A DNA stretch of 64,000 bases from Burkholderiales bacterium (GCA_035627155.1 DASPMF010000066.1:3991-67990), one strand, 5' to 3'; numbered from the stretch's first letter, positions 35,763 through 46,698 are shown. Notes: generated from the letters alone by a model not told the origin. A program made the numbers and translations.

Positions 35763-36611
35763 CTAGCGAAGCTTCTTCAGCAGTTGCTCGAGATGATCGA
35801 GGTTGGAGTAGTGCAGGACGACTTTCCCGGCGCCTTTGCGCGTCGGCAGGATGCTGACTGTCGTGCCGAGCCGTTCGGAGACTTCTTCTTCGAGGCGCTG
35901 CAAGTCGCGGTCGCCGCGGGCCTTGCGCCCGCTGGCAGCCGGTTCGCGCGCAAGGTTGTGGACCAGCGCCTCGGTCTCGCGCACGGACAGTCGCTTCGCC
36001 GCCACCCGGTGGGCGGCCTCGACCTGGCGCGCGCCGTCCAAAGGCAGCAGTGCGCGCGCGTGTCCCATCTCGATCGAGCCTTCCATCAGCATGTCCTGCA
36101 CCGGTTTCGAGAGCTTGAGCAACCGCAGAAGATTCGTCGTCGCGCTCCGAGAGCGGCCTACGGCGTCGGCGGCCTGCTCATGCGTCATCCGGAACTCGTC
36201 GAGCAGGCGCTGCAGCCCGTGCGCCTCCTCCATCGGGTTGAGGTTCTCGCGTTGGATGTTCTCGATGAGCGACATCGCCAGCGCCGCTTCGTCCGGAACT
36301 TGCCTGACCACTACCGGAACCTCCTCCAGGCCGGCCATCTGGGCGGCGCGCCAGCGGCGCTCTCCGGCGATCAGCTCGTAGGCGTCGCGCTCGACCGGCC
36401 GCACGAGCAGGGGTTGCATCAACCCCTGCGCCCGGATGGAGGCCGCCAGCTCCGCGAGCGCCTGCTGGTCCATCTTCGTGCGCGGCTGGTACTTGCCCGG
36501 CCGGATCTTCCCGACCGCCAGGGTGAGGAGCGACTCGCCTCGGGGCCGCGCCTGTTCGTCGGATCCGAGAAGCGCGTCGAGGCCGCGCCCCAGCCCCTTC
36601 AGCTTGCTCAT
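35763..36611 (-). CDS. parB: Chromosome partitioning protein ParB
   Basis: 282 aa. ParB box GERRWRAAQMAGL, QRENLNPMEEA, HTH region. ATG overlaps the parA stop (ATGA). Confidence 0.9.
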   Translation of the reverse strand: MSKLKGLGRGLDALLGSDEQARPRGESLLTLAVGKIRPGKYQPRTKMDQQALAELAASIRAQGLMQPLLVRPVERDAYELIAGERRWRAAQMAGLEEVPVVVRQVPDEAALAMSLIENIQRENLNPMEEAHGLQRLLDEFRMTHEQAADAVGRSRSATTNLLRLLKLSKPVQDMLMEGSIEMGHARALLPLDGARQVEAAHRVAAKRLSVRETEALVHNLAREPAASGRKARGDRDLQRLEEEVSERLGTTVSILPTRKGAGKVVLHYSNLDHLEQLLKKLR

Positions 36612-37378
36612 GCTGCGCCCCCTTGCGCGAGAATCTCATCGGCAAGTCCCAGGTACGCCTGCGCGCCTTTCGAGGTCGCGTCGAGCAACACGGCGGGCAC
36701 GCCGTGGCTCGGCGCCTCGGCGAGCCGCACGTTGCGCGGCACGAGCGTGCGGTAAACCTTGTCGCCGAAGTGCGTTTCGAGTTGCTGCGATACCTGCTGT
36801 GAAAGCGTATTGCGCGGGTCGTACATGGTGCGCAGAAGGCCGGCGATCTCCAGCTGCGGATTGAGGTGCGTGCGCACGCGCTTGATCGTGGCGACCAGAT
36901 CGGACAGGCCTTCCAGTGCGTAGTACTCGCATTGCATCGGGATCAGCACTCGCTGCGCCGCGGTAAGCGCGTTGACGGTAAGGAGGCTGAGCGACGGCGG
37001 GCAGTCGATCAGGATGAAGTCGTAATCCAACGCCACCCGCTCGAGCGCGCTCTTCAGGCGCGTCTCACGCGCATCGAGGTCGACCAGCTCGATCTCCGCG
37101 CCCGCGAGCTCGCGGTTGGCGGGCAGCAGGTCATAGCCACCCTTTTCGACCCGAACGCGCGCGACAACAAGGTCGGCGAGGCCTAGCAGCACGTGGTACA
37201 CCGTGCGCGGTGCGATTCGCTTGTCGACGCCGCTGCCCATGGTCGCGTTGCCTTGCGGGTCGAGGTCGACCAGCAGCACGCGCTTGCCGGCGCGTGCCAG
37301 CGCCGCTGCGAGGTTCACGCTCGTCGTTGTCTTGCCTACGCCACCTTTCTGGTTGACGACAGCGAGCACGCGCGCCAT
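36608..37378 (-). CDS. parA: Chromosome partitioning ATPase ParA (Soj)
   Basis: 256 aa. Deviant Walker A NQKGGVGKTTT, plus DCPPSL. Confidence 0.9.
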   Translation of the reverse strand: MARVLAVVNQKGGVGKTTTSVNLAAALARAGKRVLLVDLDPQGNATMGSGVDKRIAPRTVYHVLLGLADLVVARVRVEKGGYDLLPANRELAGAEIELVDLDARETRLKSALERVALDYDFILIDCPPSLSLLTVNALTAAQRVLIPMQCEYYALEGLSDLVATIKRVRTHLNPQLEIAGLLRTMYDPRNTLSQQVSQQLETHFGDKVYRTLVPRNVRLAEAPSHGVPAVLLDATSKGAQAYLGLADEILAQGGAA

Positions 37379-37987
37379 CTAGGCGACCTTGCAGAGCAGG
37401 AGATGCCGTTCCGCGTCGAGGAACGGCACGCGCAGCGCGACGGATGAACATCCTTCGCGCGAGGCTTCGCGCGGACCCTTCATCGCCGCGATCCACCCGC
37501 CGGGGGCGACCAGATGGCGGCAGGCACCGATGAACCGGTCAAGATCGGCAAATGCGCGAGAGATGGCGAGGTCGAACGGCGCTGCCGGATGCCAGTGCTC
37601 CACACGTCCTTCGTGCACCTCGAGATTCTTCAGCTGCAACTCGATCTTGGCCTGGCGGAGGAAGGCCGCCTTCTTTTGGGCCGCCTCGTTTAGGGTCACC
37701 AGCCACTGGGGCCTGGCGAGGGCGAGCGGGATGCCGGGAAGGCCACCGCCGGACCCAATGTCGGCAACGGAAGCCTCGCCGGAAAGGGGCAGGTGCGGCA
37801 GCACGGCTAACGAGTCCAAAACGTGCTGCTTCATCATTTCGAGCGGTTCGTGAATCGCAGTGAGGTTGTGCACGCGGTTCCACTTCGCGAGCAGTGCGAC
37901 GTAGGCGGATAGAGCGCGTCTGGCGTCTTGCGGCAGCGGCAAGGCTAGCTCCGTGAGCCCCCGGTCGAGCGCTTCCTCCGGCGTCAT
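37379..37987 (-). CDS. rsmG: 16S rRNA m7G527 methyltransferase RsmG (GidB)
   Basis: 202 aa. SAM motif [17 protein letters not shown] overlaps the mnmG stop (ATGA). Confidence 0.9.
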   Translation of the reverse strand: MTPEEALDRGLTELALPLPQDARRALSAYVALLAKWNRVHNLTAIHEPLEMMKQHVLDSLAVLPHLPLSGEASVADIGSGGGLPGIPLALARPQWLVTLNEAAQKKAAFLRQAKIELQLKNLEVHEGRVEHWHPAAPFDLAISRAFADLDRFIGACRHLVAPGGWIAAMKGPREASREGCSSVALRVPFLDAERHLLLCKVA

Positions 37988-39837
37988 GCCGTCTTCTTCT
38001 GCGGCCCGTGGCCTTTCTTCTTCAGGTGAACGAGGAGGAGCGAAATCGCAGCCGGTGTAATGCCGGAGATCCGCTGCGCCTGGCCAATCGTTTCGGGCCG
38101 ATGCGCGGCAAGTTTCTGTCGAACCTCGTTCGAGAGCCCCCGCACTTCGGCGTAGTCCAGATCAAGCGGTAGGCGCACGTCTCCAGCGGCGCCCCGACGC
38201 GCGACTTCTTCCTTCTGCCGTTCGATATACCCCCGGTACTTGATTCGAGCCTCGATTTGGGCGGCGAGCTCAGGGTCGCCGAGGCCCATCCCTGCGCCGG
38301 GCTGTGACATGACCGTTTGGTACGTCATTTCCGGTCTCCGCAGGAGCTGTTCAAGAGAATGTTTTTCTTGAAAGCTTGCGCTCACATACGTCGAACGAAG
38401 GCGCTCTTCTTCCCGCGCAAGGGTTTCTCTTTTCCGATCGAAGGCCCTCCACCGGATATCGCCTACGACGCCAAGCTTCCTACCCGCTTCCGTGAGCCGT
38501 TCGTCCGCGTTGTCTTCGCGGAGCATCAAACGGTATTCGGCACGACTCGTGAACATGCGGTACGGCTCGCTCACCCCTCGCGTCACCAGGTCGTCCACCA
38601 ACACGCCGAGGTAGGCCTCGTCGCGTGCGGGCGCCCACGGCGCATCGCCTCGGGATAGCAGGGCCGCGTTGATCCCGGCCAGCAAACCTTGGGCAGCGGC
38701 CTCTTCGTATCCGGTCGTGCCGTTGATCTGGCCGGCGAAGAACAAACCGGCTATCGACTTTGTCTCGAGTGACGTCCGCAGGCCCCGGGGATCGAAGTAG
38801 TCGTACTCGATGGCGTAGCCCGGCCGCACGATGTGGGCCTTTTCCAGACCGGCTATGGATCGGACCAGAGTCATTTGGACGTCAAAGGGCAGGCTAGTCG
38901 AAATACCGTTCGGATAGACCTCGTTGGTGTTCAGCCCCTCCGGCTCGAGAAAGATCTGGTGCGAAGCCTTGCCGGCGAATCGATGGATCTTGTCTTCGAT
39001 CGAGGGACAGTACCGCGGTCCCACGCCTTCGATCATCCCGGTGAACAAGGGCGATCGATTCAGGCCGCCGCGGATGATCTCGTGTGTACGCTCGTTCGTA
39101 TGTGTGATCCAGCACGGCAGCTGGCGGGGATGCATGCCCCGGTTGCCGAGGTAGGAAAAGACGGGTTCGGGCGAATCGCCGGGTTGCTCCTGCGCCGCCG
39201 AAAAGTCGATGGTGCGAGCATCCAGACGTGGCGGCGTCCCGGTCTTGAGCCGCCCAACCGGCAGCTTCATCTCGCGCAGGCGTGCGGCGAGAGTCGTCGA
39301 AGAAGGGTCGCCTGCTCGCCCAGCCTGATGCCGTTCCATGCCTATGTGAATCAGGCCGGAAAGGAAAGTCCCCGTCGTCAGCACGACGGCTGAGCCGCCA
39401 AAGCGCAGCCCCATCTGGGTGACCACCCCGAGCGCGCGACCGCCCTCCACCAAGACGTCGTCCACGGCCTGCTGGAACAGCCATAGCCCCGGCTGATTTT
39501 CCAGCCGCGTCCTGATCGCTTGCCGATAGAGCGTCCGGTCGGCTTGCGCGCGTGTGGCACGGACCGCCGCTCCCTTGGAGGAATTCAGCGTTCGGAATTG
39601 GATGCCCGCCTCGTCCGTGGCGATTGCCATGGCGCCGTCCAAGGCGTCGACCTCCTTCACAAGGTGCCCTTTGCCGATCCCTCCGATGGAAGGATTGCAG
39701 GACATCTGCCCCAGCGTTTCGATCGAGTGCGTGAGCAATAGCGTACGGCGCCCCATGCGCGCGGCTGCCAGGGCAGCTTCGGTACCGGCGTGGCCACCGC
39801 CGACCACGATGACGTCAAAGTGCGAGGGGAACTGCAT
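37984..39837 (-). CDS. mnmG: tRNA uridine 5-carboxymethylaminomethyl modification enzyme MnmG (GidA)
   Basis: ATG at 39837 ([29 protein letters not shown]) within track ORF 37984..39939. Family sequence is recognisable along the whole length. Confidence 0.95.
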   Translation of the reverse strand: MQFPSHFDVIVVGGGHAGTEAALAAARMGRRTLLLTHSIETLGQMSCNPSIGGIGKGHLVKEVDALDGAMAIATDEAGIQFRTLNSSKGAAVRATRAQADRTLYRQAIRTRLENQPGLWLFQQAVDDVLVEGGRALGVVTQMGLRFGGSAVVLTTGTFLSGLIHIGMERHQAGRAGDPSSTTLAARLREMKLPVGRLKTGTPPRLDARTIDFSAAQEQPGDSPEPVFSYLGNRGMHPRQLPCWITHTNERTHEIIRGGLNRSPLFTGMIEGVGPRYCPSIEDKIHRFAGKASHQIFLEPEGLNTNEVYPNGISTSLPFDVQMTLVRSIAGLEKAHIVRPGYAIEYDYFDPRGLRTSLETKSIAGLFFAGQINGTTGYEEAAAQGLLAGINAALLSRGDAPWAPARDEAYLGVLVDDLVTRGVSEPYRMFTSRAEYRLMLREDNADERLTEAGRKLGVVGDIRWRAFDRKRETLAREEERLRSTYVSASFQEKHSLEQLLRRPEMTYQTVMSQPGAGMGLGDPELAAQIEARIKYRGYIERQKEEVARRGAAGDVRLPLDLDYAEVRGLSNEVRQKLAAHRPETIGQAQRISGITPAAISLLLVHLKKKGHGPQKKTA

Positions 39838-39860
39838 TGGGGGAGCGAATGATACGCGAA

Positions 39861-39876
39861 CGTTCCACGTGGAACT
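39861..39876. other. parS-like ParB binding site (14/16 palindromic)
   Basis: CGTTCCACGTGGAACT. The central 14 bp GTTCCACGTGGAAC form a perfect palindrome identical to the neighbouring site. Confidence 0.7.
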
Positions 39877-39900
39877 AGGCGAGCGAATGCCCCAAGTCCA

Positions 39901-39916
39901 TGTTCCACGTGGAACA
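39901..39916. other. parS centromere-like site, perfect palindrome
   Basis: TGTTCCACGTGGAACA is the fully palindromic form of the parS consensus TGTTNCACGTGAAACA. It is embedded in an 18-bp perfect palindrome at 39900-39917. Confidence 0.85.
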
Positions 39917-39930
39917 TTACCATTGCTGCA

Positions 39931-41169
39931 ATGCACCATCCTCGGAGCCGGTATGCCAGAATGCCGCCCCTCGGAACGGTCCCCCGCTTGATCTCACTAG
40001 CTCGCTATGCCCTACTGCTCAAGGACCCCGGTATCGGGAAAACCTACGCGGTCTCCGTCCTTGGACGCCTGCCAATCGGCATCACCGGGCTCGCCATCCT
40101 GCTGCTCGCGCAAGCATTCACCGGGTCTTTCGCCACTGGGGGCGTTGCAAGCGGCTGCTACGTTTTGGGGCTAGCCGCAATGGCGCCGGCAATAGGCCGA
40201 GTCATCGATCGTTATGGTCCCAGGTGGATGCTTGGCGCAACGGCGCTGCTCTTCCCCAGCGCGTTGCTGGCACTCGTCCTCGTCGCGCAGACCGGCGCGC
40301 CCATCGCGCTGGTGTTTCTCCTTGCAGCCGCCGCCGGCGCTATGTTCCCGCCCATCACGGTCTGCATGCGGACGCATCTGAAACGGCGCTTCAAGGACGA
40401 AGGCTTGCTTTCGACGGCGTACTCGCTTGAGTCGGTCCTCATCGAGCTCATCTTCATCGTTGGCCCGCTCGTCGTCGCTGTATTCGTCGCACTCGCCACG
40501 CCAGCGGCGGCCGTGCTCTTCGCCGCAGCAACCGGAGCGGCGGGAACGATCCTCTTCATGCGATCGCCCGCGCTGCGCGACTGGAAGATCGAGCCTCGGA
40601 AACGGCGGAGTCTGCTGGGACCGCTCGCCGACTCACGCTTCATGTGGCTGATCGGGATCATCTTCGCCTACTCGACGGCGTTTGGACTGATGGAAATCGG
40701 CGTCACCGGATACGCGACCGAACGCGGCTCCGCGGCTTCGGCGGGCGTCTTTCTCGGCCTGATGAGCGCAGGTAGCGCCCTTGGCGGTCTGACCTACGGC
40801 AGCCGCAGCTGGGGCTTCAAGCTGACGCGCCAGTTCGCGGGCGCGCTCGCGCTCATGGGCATCGGCCTCGCCGCATTGTCGCTTCCCTGGGAGCCACTCG
40901 CGTTCGGCTTCTGGTGCATCGTCGCCGGCATCATCATGGCCCCTGCCCTGATCATGCAGGCCATGCTGGTCGCGAAGATCGCCGCACCGGAACACTCAAC
41001 CGAAGCGTTTACCTGGTCCACGAGCGCGCTGCTCTCCGGCGTCGGCGCCGGCCTCGCGGTCGGCGGCGCGCTCGTGGAAACCTTCGATGCACGTGCTGCG
41101 CTGGCCGCCGCTGCAGGCACGGCCATCGCGTCCGCGCTTGTCGCCTACGTGACCCTCAAAAGCAACTGA
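39931..41169 (+). CDS. MFS transporter
   Basis: 412 aa with about 12 TM segments. MFS loop motif [10 protein letters not shown]. The start is either ATG 39931 or ATG 39961. Confidence 0.75.
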   Translation: MHHPRSRYARMPPLGTVPRLISLARYALLLKDPGIGKTYAVSVLGRLPIGITGLAILLLAQAFTGSFATGGVASGCYVLGLAAMAPAIGRVIDRYGPRWMLGATALLFPSALLALVLVAQTGAPIALVFLLAAAAGAMFPPITVCMRTHLKRRFKDEGLLSTAYSLESVLIELIFIVGPLVVAVFVALATPAAAVLFAAATGAAGTILFMRSPALRDWKIEPRKRRSLLGPLADSRFMWLIGIIFAYSTAFGLMEIGVTGYATERGSAASAGVFLGLMSAGSALGGLTYGSRSWGFKLTRQFAGALALMGIGLAALSLPWEPLAFGFWCIVAGIIMAPALIMQAMLVAKIAAPEHSTEAFTWSTSALLSGVGAGLAVGGALVETFDARAALAAAAGTAIASALVAYVTLKSN

Positions 41170-41191
41170 CCGGCCCCGGTCAGCCGCGCAG

Positions 41192-43036
41192 TCAGCCCAG
41201 TTGTGTGTGCAGGCGCCCGCGCTGCTTTTTCAGCTCGGCGGGTAAGCGGGGGCCGATTTTCGCGAATAGCTCATCGTGTGGCACGAGCTCGTCCTTCCAC
41301 GCCTTCGCGTCGACGTTCGCGAGCTCCGCGTAACGCGCGGGGGGCACCTGCTCCAGCCCTTTCCAGTCGATGTCCTCGTAGCGCGGCATGCTGCCGAGTG
41401 GCGTTTGCATCGCGCCGCCACGGCCGCTGCAGCGCTCGAAAACCCAGCGCAGGACCCGCATGTTCTCCCCGAAGCCCGGCCAGATGAACTTGCCGTTCGC
41501 GTCGCGGCGGAACCAGTTGACGCGGAATATCTTCGGCGGGTTGCTCACGGCCCGGCCGATCGTCAGCCAGTGCGCGAAGTAGTCCCCGATGTTGTAGCCG
41601 CAGAACGCGAGCATTGCCATCGGGTCGCGTCGCACCACGCCGACCTTGCCGGTGATGGCCGCCGTGGTTTCGGATCCGAGCGTTGCCGCCATGTAGACGC
41701 CGTCTTCCCATGTCGGCGCTTCGGAGATCAGCGGCACGGTGCTCGAGCGACGGCCGCCGAATAGGAAAGCGGAAACCGGCACGCCCTCCGGGTCTTCCCA
41801 ATTCGCGTCCATCGAAGGGCACTGCGATGCCGGCACGGTGAATCGCGAGTTCGGATGCGCAGCGAGACGGCCTTGGCGCCCATCCTCAGGCGTCCATCGC
41901 TTGCCCTGCCAGTCGATGAGCTCCGCGGGCGGCGCCTCGGTCATTCCCTCCCACCAGACATCCCCTTCCGGGGTCATCGCGACGTTAGTGAAGATGACAT
42001 TGCTCCGCAGCATCTTCATCGCATTGGGATTGGTTTGTTCCGAAGTCCCGGGCGCAACGCCAAAAAACCCGGATTCGGGGTTGATGGCGCGGAATCGCCC
42101 GTCCTTGCCGGGTTTGATCCAGGCAATATCCTCGCCGACTGTCGTGACCTTCCAACCGTCGAGGGCGGGCGGAGGAATCAGCATCGCGAGATTCGTTTTT
42201 CCGCACGCGGACGGAAATGCAGCGGTTAGATAGAGCTTCTCGCCTGCAGGGGATTCGATCCCGAGGATCAGCATGTGCTCCGCGAGCCAGCCCTCGTCGC
42301 GCGCCATGACCGAGGCGATGCGAAGCGCGAGGCACTTCTTGCCGAGCAGCGCGTTACCGCCGTACCCCGAACCGTACGACCAGATCTCCCGCGTCTCAGG
42401 AAAGTGGACGATCCACTTTTCCCTCTCATTGCACGGCCAGGCCACATCCCTCTGCCCCGCGGCCAGCGGCGCGCCGACGGAATGCACGCACGGCACGAAG
42501 GCACCGTCTTCGGCCAGCCACTCGGCGACCGCGCGTCCCATGCGCGTCATGATCCGCATGTTGACCACGACGTAAGCCGAGTCCGAAATTTCCACGCCGA
42601 CCTGCGCGATGTGGGAGCCGATCGGTCCCATGGAGAACGGGACTACGTACATGGTGCGGCCGCGCATGCAGCCGTCGAAAAGTCGGTTCAGCGTGCTGCG
42701 CATCTCCGAGGGCGCCACCCAGTTGTTCGTGGCGCCGGCGTCTTCCTTCTTCTCGCTGCATATGAAGGTGCGGTCCTCCATGCGCGCGACGTCGCTCGGG
42801 TGGGAGCGCGCAAGGTAGGAATTGGGCCGCAACGACTCGTTCAGCTTGACGAAAGCGCCGGACTGCACCAGCTCCGTGCACAGGCGGTCATACTCGGCCT
42901 GCGAGCCGTCGCACCAGACGATCCGATCCGGCTTGGTGAGCCGGGCCATTTCGGAGACCCACTGCCGCAGGCCGCGGTGGCGGACCCAGTCAGGTGCGTT
43001 CGACTGGTCAGCGGGTGCCGAGGCGGGTGCGTTCAT
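41192..43036 (-). CDS. pckG: Phosphoenolpyruvate carboxykinase (GTP)
   Basis: 614 aa. GTP-PEPCK motifs [18 protein letters not shown] and [19 protein letters not shown] lies before the ATG at 43036. Confidence 0.9.
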   Translation of the reverse strand: MNAPASAPADQSNAPDWVRHRGLRQWVSEMARLTKPDRIVWCDGSQAEYDRLCTELVQSGAFVKLNESLRPNSYLARSHPSDVARMEDRTFICSEKKEDAGATNNWVAPSEMRSTLNRLFDGCMRGRTMYVVPFSMGPIGSHIAQVGVEISDSAYVVVNMRIMTRMGRAVAEWLAEDGAFVPCVHSVGAPLAAGQRDVAWPCNEREKWIVHFPETREIWSYGSGYGGNALLGKKCLALRIASVMARDEGWLAEHMLILGIESPAGEKLYLTAAFPSACGKTNLAMLIPPPALDGWKVTTVGEDIAWIKPGKDGRFRAINPESGFFGVAPGTSEQTNPNAMKMLRSNVIFTNVAMTPEGDVWWEGMTEAPPAELIDWQGKRWTPEDGRQGRLAAHPNSRFTVPASQCPSMDANWEDPEGVPVSAFLFGGRRSSTVPLISEAPTWEDGVYMAATLGSETTAAITGKVGVVRRDPMAMLAFCGYNIGDYFAHWLTIGRAVSNPPKIFRVNWFRRDANGKFIWPGFGENMRVLRWVFERCSGRGGAMQTPLGSMPRYEDIDWKGLEQVPPARYAELANVDAKAWKDELVPHDELFAKIGPRLPAELKKQRGRLHTQLG

Positions 43037-43204
43037 CGATGGTCACTCCAGAAGGCAATCGGCCCAGCCAAAGGCTGGGCCGGCGAAGGAATTAGGGTGA
43101 AAAAATTCTACCACCGGGCGTCCGGATACCGTTGATGCCGGGACCCCATCCATTCAGATTACACGCGTCCATACAAGACGTTAGACCGATTCGCGCGCAC
43201 GCGT

Positions 43205-44545
43205 TCACTTGCCGATGCAAAACCGTCCGAAGATTTCTCCAAGCAAGTCGTCGGGGGTCACGACGCCGGTGATTTCACCCAGCGCGTCCTGCGCAAGGCG
43301 CAATTCCTCGGCAAAGAGTTCCCACTCGCGCCCACGCTCCCGTGCAGCGTTAATGCGCGTCTCCGCGAGGGCCATTGCCCGCAAGTGCCGCTCGCGCGCA
43401 AGGAACACCGTTTCCCCTGCGTGCGTCCAGCCGGCCGCTCGGACAATCGCCCTGCGCAGCCCCTCCATTCCCTCGCCCGTCATTGCCGAGACCGCGACGC
43501 CGCCCGCCGGCGCCCCAAATCCCGGGGCGAGGTCGACTTTGTTGTAGACGTCGAGCCTCGCGCCTTCCCCGGGCAGATCTCCCGGAGCGTCCTCCGGCGC
43601 CCTCGCGTCGCGCACGACCAGGACCACGTCGGCGCGGGCCACTTCTGAGCGCGCGCGCTCCATGCCGATGCGCTCGATCGCATCATCGGATCTGGCCCGA
43701 AAGCCCGCGGTATCGACCAGCACGACCGGAAGGCCTTCGATCTCGAAGGGCTCGCGAAGGACATCGCGTGTAGTACCGGGCACCGGGGTCACGATCGCCC
43801 GTTCCTCTCCCGAAAGCCGATTGAGGAGGCTCGACTTTCCGACGTTGGGGCGCCCGGCGATGACGATATGAAGGCCTGCGGACAGGAGCCGGCCTTGCCG
43901 GCTCCGAGCCATGAGATCGGCGAGCGCGGCGTGGATCTTCGCCAGTCGCACCATGGCGTCGTTTCGATGAATCGCCTCGACCTCTTCTTCTGGAAAGTCG
44001 AGCATCGCTTCGGTGAGCGCCCGGAGCTCCGTGAGCTCCTCCACGACGCGTAGTACCGCCGCGGAAAAATCCCCTGAGAGCGAGCGCAACGCCGAGCGCG
44101 ACGCCTCGCGGCTCGCAGCGTCAATCAAGTCCGCGATGGCCTCGGCCTGCGCGAGGTCCAACTTGCCCTGGAGGAAAGCCCGACGCGTGAACTCGCCCGG
44201 TTCGGCTATGCGCGCCCCACGATCGAGGCATGCAGCGAGGACGCCCTGCAACACCGCGGGGCCGCCGTGCCCGTGGAGTTCGAGCACGTCTTCACCGGTA
44301 TACGAGTTCGGTGCGGGGAAATACAGAGCTACTCCCTGATCCACCGGCTGTCCATGCGCATCCTTGAAGGTGCCCAGCATTGCAAGCCGCGGCTTGGGGA
44401 GAAAGCCCAGGATCTCCTGTGCAAGCCGGACCACCTCGGGTCCGGACAGCCTGACGATGCCGATGCCGCCGCGTCCGTGCGGCGTCGCGATGGCTGCGAT
44501 CGTGTCGCGCGCTAGGGCGCGGCGCGGCACCTCATCTCTTTCCAT
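43205..44545 (-). CDS. mnmE: tRNA modification GTPase MnmE (TrmE)
   Basis: 446 aa. DTIAAIATPHGRGGIGIVRLSG, G1 GRPNVGKSSLLN, C-terminal FCIGK. The 5' end overlaps the yidC stop by 14 nt. Confidence 0.9.
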   Translation of the reverse strand: MERDEVPRRALARDTIAAIATPHGRGGIGIVRLSGPEVVRLAQEILGFLPKPRLAMLGTFKDAHGQPVDQGVALYFPAPNSYTGEDVLELHGHGGPAVLQGVLAACLDRGARIAEPGEFTRRAFLQGKLDLAQAEAIADLIDAASREASRSALRSLSGDFSAAVLRVVEELTELRALTEAMLDFPEEEVEAIHRNDAMVRLAKIHAALADLMARSRQGRLLSAGLHIVIAGRPNVGKSSLLNRLSGEERAIVTPVPGTTRDVLREPFEIEGLPVVLVDTAGFRARSDDAIERIGMERARSEVARADVVLVVRDARAPEDAPGDLPGEGARLDVYNKVDLAPGFGAPAGGVAVSAMTGEGMEGLRRAIVRAAGWTHAGETVFLARERHLRAMALAETRINAARERGREWELFAEELRLAQDALGEITGVVTPDDLLGEIFGRFCIGK

Positions 44546-46208
44546 GGGCGGGCTTGCCGCGCTCGAACATGCGCTGGATCTGCCACTGCTGCAGGATGGA
44601 AAGAATGTTGTTCACCAACCAGTAGAGCACCAGCCCTGCCGGAAAGAAGAAAAAGAAGATGCTGAAGACGTACGGCATGAATTGCATCACTTTTGCCTGC
44701 ACGGGGTCCGGCGGCACGGGATTCATCTTCGTCTGCAGGACCATGGTGACCGCCATGAGGATCGGCAGCACGTAGTAAGGATCAAGCGCTGAGAGATCCT
44801 TGATCCACAGGATGAAAGGCGCATGGCGCAGCTCGATCGCGGCAAGCAGCACCCAGTAGAGCGCGATGAACACCGGGATCTGGACGAGGATCGGGAAGCA
44901 GCCGCCAAGCGGATTTATCTTCTCCGTCTTGTACAGCTCCATCATCGCCTGATTCATGCGCTGGCGGTCGTTGCCGTACATCTCCCGGATCTTGGTCAGG
45001 CGCGGGGTCACCAGCTTCATCTTCGCCATCGACTTGTAGCTCGCGGCGGAAAGCGGGAAGAAGATCAGCTTGATGAGAATGGTGAGCAGGATGATCGCTA
45101 CGCCCCAATTGCCCGAGAGCTCGTGGAATTTCTCCAGGAGCCAGAAGAGCGGCCAGGCGATGATCGTCAGCCAGCCGTAATCGACGACGAGCTCGAGCCC
45201 GGGCGCTGCCTCCCGCAGACGGCGTTGCTCCTGCGGTCCGGCATAAAGCGGCGCCTTCACCTCCACCGCAGCTCCCGGCTGCAACGTCCCGGCGGGGATG
45301 ACGGCGTGCGCCGCATAGGCACCGTCGGGGCGTTTGACCGCGCCATACTCCCGTGCAACGCCCTGCGCGGGCAGCCAGGCGGAAACGAAATAGTGCTGCA
45401 CGAAGGCAAGCCAGCCGTTGTCCGCCTGCTTGACCATGTCCACGTCACCCTTGTCGATATCGGCGGGCGGAACCTTCTCGAACTTGCGCTCGGTGGTGTA
45501 GGCGGCAAATCCCGTGAAGCTCTGGGCGCCGAAGGTCGATGCGACCGCATTCGCGTCGGTCGATGGCCGCCCGTCGTGCGTGAGCTGGAAATAGGCGAAG
45601 GGCGATACGGCCTGGCCGCCGTCGTTGCGGATCCGCAGGACCACGTCGATCACGTAGTCGTTGCGCTTGAAACCGTAGACCTTCTCGACCGTCAGGCCGC
45701 CCTGACTCGCGGTCAAGACCACCTCGATGCGATTCTGCCCCTGCGCGAGAGCGAAGTTGCCAGGCTGCGCCCTCCAGAGGGCGCGGTGATTGAGTCCGTC
45801 GCTCGTGAGGCCGCTCTGTGCTTCATAGCGGTGCTCGGGGCCGAGCAGCACGAAATTCTTGGTCGGGTCGGCTGAATCCTTGTGCTTCAGAAGCTCCAGC
45901 CGCTTGAGCGTCCCGCCCGCCGTATCGATTTCCGCGATCACCAGATCGGTGGTCACGCGCAGCAGTTCGCCGCTCGTGAGGCTGCCGGCCTCGACCGCGG
46001 GGGCCGTCGGTGTGCCGGGGGCCGGTGCTTCCTTGGCGCCTTCGCTCGGCCGCGCGCTCCCTTCCACCGGCTTGGGGGCCGGTACTCCCTGCTGTTGTGA
46101 GGCGGCTACGGGCGCCGGCTTCGGGCGCGTTTCCCGCTGCCACGCCTCCCAGAGCATGAGCACGGAGAAGCCGAAGATGAACAACAGGATGAGGCGCTGG
46201 GTTTCCAT
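44532..46208 (-). CDS. yidC: Membrane protein insertase YidC
   Basis: ATG at 46208 (METQRLILLFIFGFSVLMLWEAW) within track ORF 44532..46400. Conserved C-terminal core with GGCFPILVQIPVFIALY. Confidence 0.9.
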   Translation of the reverse strand: METQRLILLFIFGFSVLMLWEAWQRETRPKPAPVAASQQQGVPAPKPVEGSARPSEGAKEAPAPGTPTAPAVEAGSLTSGELLRVTTDLVIAEIDTAGGTLKRLELLKHKDSADPTKNFVLLGPEHRYEAQSGLTSDGLNHRALWRAQPGNFALAQGQNRIEVVLTASQGGLTVEKVYGFKRNDYVIDVVLRIRNDGGQAVSPFAYFQLTHDGRPSTDANAVASTFGAQSFTGFAAYTTERKFEKVPPADIDKGDVDMVKQADNGWLAFVQHYFVSAWLPAQGVAREYGAVKRPDGAYAAHAVIPAGTLQPGAAVEVKAPLYAGPQEQRRLREAAPGLELVVDYGWLTIIAWPLFWLLEKFHELSGNWGVAIILLTILIKLIFFPLSAASYKSMAKMKLVTPRLTKIREMYGNDRQRMNQAMMELYKTEKINPLGGCFPILVQIPVFIALYWVLLAAIELRHAPFILWIKDLSALDPYYVLPILMAVTMVLQTKMNPVPPDPVQAKVMQFMPYVFSIFFFFFPAGLVLYWLVNNILSILQQWQIQRMFERGKPAHGKR

Positions 46209-46210
46209 AT

Positions 46211-46423
46211 TCACGGAACCGGGTCGTATCCGCCCGGATGCCAGGGACCGCAGCGGCAGATGCGCCGCGCGGCGAGCCAGCTGCCTCGGACGGTTCCATG
46301 GCGCTCGAGCGCCTCTTCCGCGTAGCTCGAGCAGGTCGGCTGGAAGCGGCACGAAGGCGCGAGAACCGGGCTCACCAGCCAGCGGTATCCCTTGATGCAA
46401 TCGCGCAGGAGGCCTGCGATCAT
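46211..46423 (-). CDS. yidD: Membrane protein insertion efficiency factor YidD
   Basis: 70 aa. [15 protein letters not shown] and [16 protein letters not shown] overlaps the rnpA stop (ATGA). Confidence 0.85.
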   Translation of the reverse strand: MIAGLLRDCIKGYRWLVSPVLAPSCRFQPTCSSYAEEALERHGTVRGSWLAARRICRCGPWHPGGYDPVP

Positions 46424-46698
46424 GTGCTCAGGCGTTGAAAAAGGGCGCGCAGGCGGGCGAGCATTGCCGCTCCGCCTGTTGCGTCCATAGGAGGGCGCAC
46501 GAGCACGTCGAGCGCGCCGAGCCGGTGCTGCTCAAGGCGGAACGCCTCGCGGATGCAGCGCTTGATGCGGTTGCGGTCGGTAGCGTTCGCGGCATGCTTT
46601 CGGGTGACGAGCAATCCGAGCCGTGCCGGCCCGGTATCGCGCCTTCCAAGAAAAAAAGTGAAGCCCTCGAGATTGCGGCGCGTGCCTTGACGGAGCAA
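46420..46698 (-). CDS. rnpA: RNase P protein component (5' end uncertain; homology continues upstream of the only canonical start)
   Basis: Track ORF starts at TTG 46698. RNR-type motif [21 protein letters not shown]. The in-frame upstream sequence [17 protein letters not shown] looks like the normal RnpA N-terminus but contains no ATG/GTG/TTG. CTG at 46743 would give 107 aa. Confidence 0.8.
   Translation of the reverse strand: MLRQGTRRNLEGFTFFLGRRDTGPARLGLLVTRKHAANATDRNRIKRCIREAFRLEQHRLGALDVLVRPPMDATGGAAMLARLRALFQRLST

Noticed and set aside
39862-39915. Reading GTTCCACGTGGAAC as DnaA boxes or a CACGTG regulator site
   Set aside because: The best 9-mer match to TTATCCACA is only 6/9. The full 16-mer instead matches the parS consensus exactly in its palindromic form, next to parAB.
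41168-41181. GACCGG-CC-CCGGTC as a bidirectional terminator between the MFS gene and pckG
   Set aside because: The 2-nt loop is sterically too tight and there is no U-tract on either strand. It is recorded only as a palindrome.
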